A DNA stretch of 63,249 nucleotides, the filler included, from Chiloscyllium plagiosum (lineage: Eukaryota), in NCBI RefSeq assembly GCF_004010195.1. It is 5 parts of one record of this genome, joined end to end, with 100 filler letters (N's around TTAATTAATTAA, not from the genome) between each part and the next. Parts side by side here need not be neighbours in the genome. Positions count along the whole stretch, not along the records: positions 48,483 to 63,249 come from NC_057715.1; 4 more parts are not named here. One strand, given 5' to 3'. Below, piece by piece: positions 53,890 to 63,249 of this stretch. Each line of letters opens with the position of its first letter. The stretch's first letter is position 1. Below the pieces are notes generated by a model that searched no databases, had not been told where the DNA came from, and saw only the letters and a program-made list of their open reading frames with translations. Made by a program: the position numbers and the translations under genes.

Positions 53890-54510
53890 TTGACAGGATG
53901 CGCACTCAGATAGAATGCTTTCTATGGAACATCAATAAAAGTTGGTGGGGGTCCTTATGAACATGCCGAATTTCCTATGTCACTAGAGGAATAAGAGGTG
54001 TTGTTTTTCTTTCTTGACCGTTGCAGCTGCATGGGAGGTCAAGGACAGATTGTTGATTGTCGTCACTCCTCGGAACTTGATGCTCTCGACCCTCTCCACC
54101 TCGGCTCCATTGACATAGATAGGAGTGATGAAGTCAATGATCGGTTCTTTTGCTGATATTGAGAGCGATATTGCACCATGACACCAAACCCTCTATCTCC
54201 TTCCTGTATTCTGACTCATTGTTTGATATCCGGCCTGCAACGGTGGTGTTATCATCAAACTTGTGGATGGTTTGAGTGGTATTTGGCCACATACTTGTGA
54301 GTGTACAGGGAGTACAGTAGGGGGCTGAGAGTGCATCCTTGTGGGGCACTGGTGTTAAGGATTATTGTGGAAGAAGTATTGTTGTCTACCTTCACTGATT
54401 ACGGTCTGTGAGTCAGGAAGCTGACAATCCAGTTGCAGAGGGTGGAGCTGAGACCGAGGCCTCAGAGTTTTGCAATTAATCTGGTAGGGATTGTAGTGTT
54501 GAAGGTGGAA
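53890..54510 (-). mobile_element. Rex1/Babar-clade RT fragment
   Basis: APQGCTLSPLLYSLYTH and IHKFDDNTTVAGRISNNESEYRKEIEGLVSWC. Confidence 0.85.
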
Positions 54511-56134
54511 TCTTCTATCCTCTATTGTGGTGCTTCACAGTTGAAAGTATTTCATACTGAGATTAACATATTCCAAGGCACCACAAAATCTTTCTAATTT
54601 TATTAGTAAATGAGTTCATCCACAAATTCTTTAATGTTACAAAATGGTTAACTAGGAAACACAATGTTCCAGCGTTCAAATTCTGTACAGTTGAATATTT
54701 TCCTGCTAGGACAAACTATAGCACAGAGTGACAGCATTCATGCTGTTTGAGACTGCAAGGATCTTGTAGCTACAGCCTAAATCTTTCTGATAGATCTTCA
54801 AACTGTGATGCTAGTCATATTTCTTTACTTTGACAATCTAGAGCAGGCCTTCTCAAAGTTGGGAGGGGGAATCTAGATCTCAAATGGGGAAGTAAGCTGA
54901 AATATTATGGTCATGAGCTCTGAAGGTAGCCTTTGCTGTCATGGAGACCCATTCCTTTCTCCCCACCCAATCCCAATCTAGAGTCTTCTCCTGCCGCCAT
55001 CCATCCCCTGCTCTCAATGTTCTTACTGAGGGGCTGTGTCAAAGTAGAGTCTTTGGGATATTGGAATATTTAGGAAGTACTGATCTAGACCTTCAGCAAT
55101 ATCTAACCCTTACCATTGAACTTGATTTGCTTCTTCTCTATCACTCATTTAACCATTAGCAGTATTTGAATACATGGGTAATAATAATGAATTTAAAAAC
55201 TTATTCAGCCCTCCGTTTGTTCACTGTTATTGGAGTTGTCCTTTGTTGTGTGGAGGGAAGTGTTGGAAGATACACCTTTTCCTCAAGTAGAAATGCTGGA
55301 ATGGATACATTTTTGACTGTCTTAAAACACTGCAACATGTCTTTTACTGCAATGAAACAAAGAAGTCTGGATGCCGGAGATCTGACATAACAAAAACAGA
55401 AATTGCCAGAGAAACTCACAAGTCTGGCAGTATCTGTGAAAAGAAAACACAGTTTATGTTTTGAGTCCAATGTGCTTTCAGACTTTATTTGCTTTACCAC
55501 ATTGCCCTAGATAATATTATGGGTAGATAATGAGCAGGAGAGACAGTTAGTGTAGATTAAATATTTTTTTAAAAACTATAGAGTCAGTGAGCTTTTACAG
55601 AATGAAAAGACACCCTTCAGCCCATTGTGCTCCACACTGGTCATCAAACATCCATCTAATCTAATCCCATTTTCCAGAACCTGGCCCGTAGCCTTGTATA
55701 GTAGAGTGTTATACTCACCTAAATACTTCTTAAATATCTGAGGGTTCCCATCTCTACCATCCTTTTAGACAGCAAATTCCAGATACCAACAAATGCCTGG
55801 GTGAAAAACAAATTCCCTCCTTGCTTTAAAACTATGCCTCTTGGTTATTGACCCTCTACTAAAGGGAAAGGTTTCTTCCGAGCTATGCTGTCAATGCCCC
55901 TCAGAAGTTTATATATCCCTGTCAGATCCCCCATCAGCTTTGTCTGATCTAAGGAAAACAACCCCAGCTAACCTAATCCCCCTCTTTATAGCTGCAGTTG
56001 AAACTGGCTTTGTTCCCCAGGTAGGAATACTGTGCTGTACTGTTCTTTCATTACTGCTTTGTCAAGTATATGACAAGCCATGTTGATACATTAAGAATCA
56101 AATTGGGGAGGCGATGGCCTGGTGGTTATTATTG

Positions 56135-58234
56135 AGTGCGGCACATGGGGAAACCTGAGTCCCGGTGCAGCGTGAAGGGGAAGCCTGAGTCCTGGTGCAG
56201 AGCAAGGGGCAAGTCTAAGTCCTGCTGCAGAGCAAGGGGCAAGTCTGCATCCTGGTACAGAGCAAGGGGCAAGTCTGCATCCTGGTACAGCGTGAGGGGT
56301 TGGTCTGAGTCTCGGTGCAGTGTGAATGGGAGGTCTGAGTCCTGGTACAGCGTGAGGGTGAGGTCTGAGTCCCGGTAGAGTGTGAGGGGGAAGCCTGAGT
56401 CCTGGTGCAGCATGAGGGACAAGTCTGAGTCCTGTGCAGCTTGAGGGGGAGGTCTGAGTCCCAGTACAGTGTGAGGGGGAAGTCTGAGTCCCGGTACAGT
56501 GTGAAGGGGAAGTCTGAGTCCCGGTACAGTGTGAAGGGGAAGTCTGAGTCCCGGTACAGTATGAAGGGGAAGTCTGAGTCCCGGTACAGTGTGAGGGGGA
56601 GGTCTGAGTCCTGGTGCAGCGTGAGGGGGAAGCCTGAGTCCTGGTACAGTGTGAGGGGGAGGTCTGAGTCCCGGTACAGTGTGAAGGGGAGGTCTGAGTC
56701 CCGGTACAGTGTGAGGGGGAGGTCTGAGTCCCGGTACAGTGTGAAGGGGAGGTCTGAGTCCCGGTACAGTGTGAAGGGGAGGTCTGAGTCCCGGTACAAC
56801 ATAAGGGGCATGTCTGAGTCCCGGTACAGTGTGAGGGGGAAGTCTGAGTCCTGGTGCAGCATGAGGGGGAAGTCTGAGTCCCGGTACAGTGTGAGCGGGA
56901 GGTCTGAGTCCCGGTACAGTGTGAAGGGGAGGTCTGAGTCCCGGTTCAACATAAGGGGCATGTCTGAGTCCCGGTACAGTGTGAGAGGGAAGTCTGAGTC
57001 CCGGTACAGTGTGAGAGGGAGGTCTGAGTCCCGGTGGAGCATGAGGGGGAAACCTGAGTCTTGGTGCAGCATGAGAGGGAGGTCTGAGTCCCGGTACAGC
57101 GTGAGGGGGAGGTCTGAGTCCTGGTGCAGTGTGAGGGGCAAGTCTGAGTCCCAGTACAGTGTGAGGGAGATACCTGAGTCCTGGTGCAGCGTGAGGGGCA
57201 TGCCTGAGTCCTGGTGCAGCATGAGGGGCAACTCTGAGTCCCGGTACAGCGTGAGGGGGATGTCTGAGTCCCAGTGCAGCGTGAGGGGCAAGTCTGAGTC
57301 CTGGTGCAGCGTGAGGGGCAAGTTCAAGTCCCGGTACAGCATGAGGGGGATGTCTGAGTCCGGGTACTGCGTGAGGGGGATGTCTGAGTCCGGGTGCAGC
57401 GTGAGGGGCAAGTCTGAGTCCTGGTGCAGCGTGAGGGGCAAGTTTGAGTCCCGGTACAGCGTGAGGGGGATGTCTGAGTCCTGGTACAGCATGAGGGGGA
57501 TGTCTGAGTCCGGGTACAGCGTGAGGGGGATGTCTGAGTCCGGGTACAGTGTGAGGGTGATGTCTGAGTCCCGGTACAGTGTGAGGGGGAGGTCTGAGTC
57601 CTGGTGCAGCGTGAGGGGCAAGTCTGAGTCCCGACACAGCGTGAAGTGGATGTCTGAGTCCCAGTGCAGCGTGAGGGGCAAGTCTGAGTCCCAGTACAGT
57701 GTGAGGGGGATGCATGAGTCCCAGTACAGTGTGAGGGGGAGGTCTGAGTCCCGGTACAGTGTGAGGGGGAGGTCTGAGTCCTGGTGCAGCGTGAGGGGGA
57801 GGTCTGAGTCCTGGTGGAATGTGAGGGGGAAGTCTGAGTCTCGGTGCATAGCGAGGAGGAGGTCTGAGTCCCGATACAGCATGAGGGAAGTGTGTCCTGG
57901 TACAGCACAACTTACCTTGTTGCAGGTGAGGAGTGACTGGAGGCTAGTGTGGTGCGTGACAGTTATTGGACTTGTGCCTGGCACTATCTGAAATTCTTCA
58001 CTGGACTGTAATTAAGATCCTTTAGCTCTGTTAGAACTATCTTATTTCTAACTTTTTTTTAGACACTGTTAGTAATGCTACTAATTTTCCTTTTAATCCT
58101 CTTTTGTATCCAAGACTTGTACCTCGGTACTTGTACCTAAGATGGTGCCATTAGAGGCAGTCATTTTAAACACTTTTCACTGTACACCTGTATTTCTATA
58201 CCGGCATACATGTGACAATAAAGGATACTCTACT
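56135..58234 (+). mobile_element. Composite insertion: VNTR + unique spacer + Rex/Babar-like 3' tail, inside a tRNA-SINE
   Basis: TSD TTATTG at 56129-56134 and 58235-58240. Tail CTTTTCACTGTAC...ACATGTGACAATAAA plus short repeats. The host SINE halves rejoin across it. Confidence 0.65.
56136..57906. repeat. 30-bp GC-rich minisatellite, ~59 units
   Basis: Consensus GTCTGAGTCCCGGTACAGTGTGAGGGGGAR. It produces the spurious 516-593 aa decapeptide-repeat ORFs. Confidence 0.97.
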
Positions 58235-58718
58235 TTATTGCTGGACTGTTAATCCAGAGGTTGAAGTAATGTTTTGAAGACCTGAGTTCAAATCCCTCCA
58301 TGGCAGACGGTGGAATTTGAATTCAATAAAAATCTGGAATAAGAATCTAATGATGACCATGAAACCATGTTGATTTTCAGGAAGAATCCATGTTGTTCAC
58401 CAATGTCCTTTTGGCAAGGAAACTGCCGTCCTTACATAGTCTATACGAGACTCCAGACCCACAGCAATATGGTTGACTCCTAACAGCCCTCTGGGTAATT
58501 AGGAATGGGCAATAAATGCTGGCCAGGCCTCGTCCGATGAATGAATTTAAAAAACAGTTTGATTATCCTTCTCAGTTATTTCCTCACTGGAGCTTTGCTT
58601 CTTTCAATAATTATCATAATGCAAATAGATGTTAATCAGCATGAAAATAATTAAGAGAAAGGACACATTTTTTCTCTTTCTATTGTATTAAGTGCACTTA
58701 CCAGGGCTGTATTTTTTT

Positions 58719-59034
58719 TAGATTACATTAGATTACATTACAGTGTGGAAACAGGCCCTTCAGCCCAACAAGTCCACACTGACCCGCCGAAGCGAAACCC
58801 ACCCATACCCCTACATTTACCCCTTACCTAACACTACGGGCAATTTAGTATGGCCAATTCACCTGGCCCTGCACATCTTTGGACTGTGGGAGGAAACCGG
58901 AGCACCCGGAGGAAACCCACGCAGACACGGGGAGAACGTGCAAACTCCATACAGTCAGTCGCCTGAGGCGGGAATTGAACCCGGGTCTCTGGCGCTGTGA
59001 GGCAGCAGTGCTAACCACTGTGCCACCGTGCCGC
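58719..59034 (-). mobile_element. HE1-type V-SINE (young)
   Basis: Near-consensus copy. Confidence 0.9.
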
Positions 59035-59347
59035 TTTGGTGCTGGAAAAGCGCAGCAGGTCAGACAGCATCCGGAAAACAGGAGAATGGATACCTCGGGC
59101 AAAAGTCTGATGAAGGGCTTTTGCCTGAGGTGTCAATTTTCCTGCTCCTCAGATGCTGCCTGGCTTGCTGCGCTTTTCCAGCACCACACTCTCAAATCTA
59201 ATCTCCGGCATCTGCAATCCTTACTTTTGCCCTGTATTTTGCTGAGTATAATACGGCGATGAGGTTTAAAAGTCTTTACAATAAGTTGTACAATAACCAC
59301 TTTCAGTTAACTGGGTGCTGTTTATACTTCACTACAAACTTTTTTTT

Positions 59348-59654
59348 TAGATTAGATTACATTACAGTGTGGAAACAGGCCCTTCGGCCCAACAAGTCCA
59401 TACCAACCCGCCGAAGCTCAACCCACCCATACCCCTACATTTACCCCTTACCTAACACTACGGGCAATTTAGCATGGCCAATTCACCTGACCTGCACATC
59501 TTTGGACTGTGGGAGGAAACCGGAGCACCCGGAGGAAACCGACGCAGACACGGGGAGAACGTGCAAACTCCACACAGTCAGTCGCCTGAGGCGGGAATTG
59601 AACCTGGGTCTCAGGCGCTGTGAGGCAGCAGTGCTAACCACTGTGCCACCGTGC
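59348..59654 (-). mobile_element. HE1-type V-SINE (young)
   Basis: Near-consensus copy. Confidence 0.9.
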
Positions 59655-60094
59655 TACCTTTCTTTATATAACTCCTGATCAGCATAGCTTTCCATCTGCA
59701 GCCTCATGTACTCATCCAGCTTCCCTTTGTGTCTAGATTGCCCTTTTACATTTCACTCACCTTTTTGGAGAAAATTTCAAACAAAAACAGAAATGAATAA
59801 TCCTACCTGATGCATTGTGAAATTGAAATTAGTGACTGATGTTTAATCGATATGTCAAGTTCCATTGTTTAATCTATATGTCAAGTTCCATTCAGTTATA
59901 AAAGGATCAACAAGGGATGAGCACAGACCTTAAAGTCTTTGGTAAAGTAAGAAATCTGCTGCGAGTGGTTACATTCTGGATGCACTGCCTAAGAACGTGG
60001 TGTTGACTTGAGGTGCTTAAGGAGGTTTAAGCCCTGAAAACGAAAGAATATACACACAGTACAAAGGCAGGAGAATGGCACTAAAGAATATAAT

Positions 60095-60395
60095 TCCAAC
60101 TGTGTGGAAGCAGGCCATTAGCCATTTGAGTCCACACCAAACCTCTGAAAAGCATCCGACCCATCCCTGTAACCTTGCGTTTCCCATGGCTAACCCATGT
60201 AAGCCTAGACATCCCTGGACACTGTTGGTAATTTAGCATGGCCAATCCACCCAACCTGCACATCTGAGGGAGGAAGCCCATGCAGAACATGGACAATATG
60301 TGCAAATTCCACGCAGTTGCCTGAGGGTGGAATCAAACCCAGGTCTCTGGTGTTGTGAGGCAACAGTACTAACCACTGAGCAACTGTGCCACCCT
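60095..60395 (-). mobile_element. HE1-type V-SINE, diverged
   Basis: Diverged copy. Confidence 0.7.
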
Positions 60396-60679
60396 GATCT
60401 AATGAAGCTCAATTGGGAGAACTGGTGCAAGGAGAATAATCGGAATGGTTTGCAAGTGTAGTGTAAAAGTTCTGTGGTGGGATGGGGACTGGCAGATGGT
60501 ATAATGTGATGGGGGGGCGTGGTGAAGAGGCGCTGAGACTATTAGAAACATAGAAATGAGGAGCAGCCTTTCAGTCCTTTGATTCTGCTCTCGCATTCAG
60601 ATATGATCATTGTTGACCCTTTATCTCAATGCCATATTCTCAGTTTCTCCCCATTCCCCTTGATAACTTTAATGTCTAA

Positions 60680-60994
60680 AAGATTATTAGATTAGATTAC
60701 AGTGTGGAAACAGGCCCTTCAGCCCAACAAGTCCACACCGACCCGCCGACGCACAACCCACCCATACCCCTACATTTACCCCTTACCCAGCACTACGGGC
60801 AATTTAGCATGGCCAATTCACCTAACCTGCACATCTTTGGACTGTGGGAGGAAACCGGAGCACCCGGAGGAAACCCACACAGACACGGGGAGAACGTGCA
60901 AACTCCACACAGTCAGTCGCCTGAGGCAGGAATTGAACCCGGGTCTCTGGCGCTGTGAGGCAGCAGTGCTAACCACTGTGCCACCGTGCCGCCC
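60680..60994 (-). mobile_element. HE1-type V-SINE (young)
   Basis: Near-consensus copy. Confidence 0.9.
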
Positions 60995-61089
60995 CAATCT
61001 ATCTCTTTCTCAAATATATTCAGTTTCTTGGCCTCCCTAGCCTCCTCATGTTCACATTCCTTTGAGGGAAGATATATTTTTTCATCTCA

Positions 61090-62938
61090 GTTTTTCTTCT
61101 TAGGTTGAGCCAGTGTCTTGGATCACAAAGTGTATCCAAGAGGTTCTTCAAATTTGGGTTAAATGTAGTTAAATCCTGGGGCTCCCACTAAATGAGTTGA
61201 ACAGCTAAGTCTTAAGCAAATTGCCCTCACCCTGCCGTACTATTCTCCATGCTTTCACCACATTTATAATAATCGGACTCTCACAGTGCTCAACCACAGA
61301 TCTCACCTTAGCCATAAATGGTAGGTTTATGAGGGAACATCTCGCCTGCGAGGCCTCAACATCAAGCCATATTGACTTTGAGTCATTACACACCCATTCA
61401 CCTACATTTGACAGCAGGGCGCCTATTTGGTATCTCTTCAGATCTGGGAGGTCCACCCCTGCCATATCCTATGGAAGTTGCAGCTTGGTAAGTTTAATTA
61501 GGGGGCGCCTACGGCATCAAATAAGTGATCCAAGTCACCCAGCAAACCTCCGCAGCATCTGTTGGGGTAATAACAAAGGAGCATCCTCATGGGATATAAT
61601 AAGTGAGGAAGAACATTTATTTTAATCAAGGCTTAGGCCTAACCATGATATGGGTAGTCCCTCCCACAGCTCCAAGTCCTGCTTTACTCACTCAAACAAG
61701 TGTACAAGGTTAGCTCTGTACAGCTGCCGGAAGGTGGGGTAATAAAAATTCCCAGGTAGAGAAAGCTGTTCTGTGACCATCTAAAAGGAAACTCCATTCC
61801 ATCCTCCAGCTTCGGTACTTCCACAAATTCCTCCGTGGACATGACTTCCAACTTTATCCTGTATCCCGAAAAGCTGCTAAATAGTTTAATTTTTTGTACG
61901 AGCTGGGGGTATGGATTTTTTGGGGTTAGCCAAAAACAGAAGGGCATCATTCGCATAGAGAGGGATTTTTGTGTTCCCCAACTCCCATCTTTGGCACCAT
62001 TATTGCAGGGTCCTTTCGGATGGCCTCCGCCAACGGTTCAAGTACCAAGGTAAACAGCATCGGTGATAGGGGACACCCCAGTCAGCTGCCACCCCCCCCA
62101 TACCAACATTGCTCAATTTAACCCCATTTATGATAACCGGCGCCTTGGGGTCTTTATATAACACTGCCACCCACCTGGCGAAGGCTCCTCCCAGACCAAA
62201 ACAATCTAGAACAGCAAAGAGATACGATGATTCCACCCAATCCAAAGCCTTTTCTGCATCCAGGGGGACCACCAAACCCGGAATCATTCTCTGCTGACGT
62301 ATTTGCACTATGTTCAGTACCCGCCTGATATGGTTGGAGGAGCTGTGGCCCTTGATAAAAACCCAAAAGGTCCACTTTTATAGTAACAGGCAGCACCTTC
62401 TCCAACTTCAGAGCCAACATCTTTGATAAGACCTTGAAATCCACATTCAACAGTGAGACAGGTCTATATGACGCACAATCCTCAGGGTCTTGTCCTTTCT
62501 TTAAAATAATGGAGATATTAGCTTCCCTAAGAGAGGGCGGAAGGCAGTCCTGGCTATACGAATGATTGTACATCCCCAGAAGTGGTTCAGCTTACATGTT
62601 TATAAACTCCTTGGAAAATTCACTCAGGAACCTGTCTGGACCAGGTACCTTGCCACCTTGGAGCTGCCTTACCGCCTCTTGCACCTCCTGTACCATCAGA
62701 AGTGCATTTAAAAGGAAGGCCTGATCTGCGTTTATACCAGGGAGGTCCAAGTTTTCAAAAAAGGATTCCATTCTCACTAATCTATCCCCACAGCCCTCCG
62801 ACTGGTATAACCCTGCATAGAATTCCTGAAATCTGGCATTGATCTTTTTCAGTTCACGAGTGCCGTTGCCAGTTCACTCTCTAATAGACATAATGGACTG
62901 TGGAGCTCTTTTCTTCCTTGCCAGGTAAGCCAGGTAAC
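61090..62938 (-). mobile_element. L1-clade ORF2 (RT) fragment, decayed
   Basis: KVPGPD, LREANISIILKKGQDPEDCASYRPVSLLNVDFKVLSK, LDAEKALD, FLYLGIFIT. Confidence 0.9.
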
Positions 62939-62939
62939 T

Positions 62940-63249
62940 AGGTAAAAACAATGACTGCAGAACCCCGCACTGCCTGGTTCTACCTCCTTCCCAAGATTCA
63001 CAAGCCTGACCACCCTGGCCGACCCATTGTCTCAGCATGCTCCTGCCCCACTGAACTCATCTCTACCTACCTCGACACTGTCCTATCCCCCCCTAGTCCA
63101 GGAACTCCCCACATACGTTTGAGACACCACCCACGCCCTCCACCTCTTCCAAAACTTCCGTTTCCCCGGCCCCCAACGCCTCATCTTCACCATGGATATC
63201 CAATCCCTCTACACCTCCAACTGCCATGACCAGGGCCTCCAAGTCCTCC
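62940..63249 (+). mobile_element. Penelope RT fragment with inverted 3'-end piece at its 5' junction
   Basis: [28 protein letters not shown]. 62940-62960 is the reverse complement of the family tail at 41554-41574. Confidence 0.85.

Noticed and set aside
56136..57906. CRISPR-like 30-bp periodicity
   Set aside because: Head-to-tail units with no unique spacers, no cas genes, and a vertebrate context.
56129..57991. Long ORFs of 593, 589 and 516 aa
   Set aside because: They are decapeptide repeats produced by a 30-bp minisatellite that is open on both strands. There is no gene structure, and the array sits inside an insertion.
58743..61040. Recurrent similar small ORFs (WKQALQPNKST..., DCGRKPEHPEET...)
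   Set aside because: Antisense translations of HE1 SINE copies, not a gene family.

Overview
Repeat-rich vertebrate genomic DNA, almost certainly from a shark (HE1-type V-SINEs, HER1/CR1 LINEs, shark-type Penelope elements). Five contigs are joined by artificial 100-bp linkers (44N-TTAATTAATTAA-44N). Host-gene content is four exons from three genes: one 72-bp OCA2 exon (323-394, -), the first coding exon of an endosomal Na+/H+ exchanger, most likely SLC9A7 (31304-31601, -), and the last two coding exons of regucalcin RGN (49118-49272 and 52647-52697, +). The rest is intronic or intergenic and dominated by nested mobile elements. The most interesting object is a decayed epsilon-like endogenous retrovirus (~39360-45908, -). 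It has a 5' LTR, a perfect tRNA-His PBS, a myristoylated Gag with two Zn knuckles, and a UGA-CUA readthrough into protease. A putative 2H phosphoesterase domain (two HxT motifs) sits between protease and RT. Other notable items are Penelope ends with minimal hammerhead ribozyme cores and 14-bp TSDs, an ORF1-only L1 with a 15-bp TSD, a 2.1-kb VNTR plus LINE-tail composite insertion, and an unidentified diverged inverted repeat pair in the OCA2 intron. All calls are by eye. Repeat family names and most repeat boundaries are approximate.
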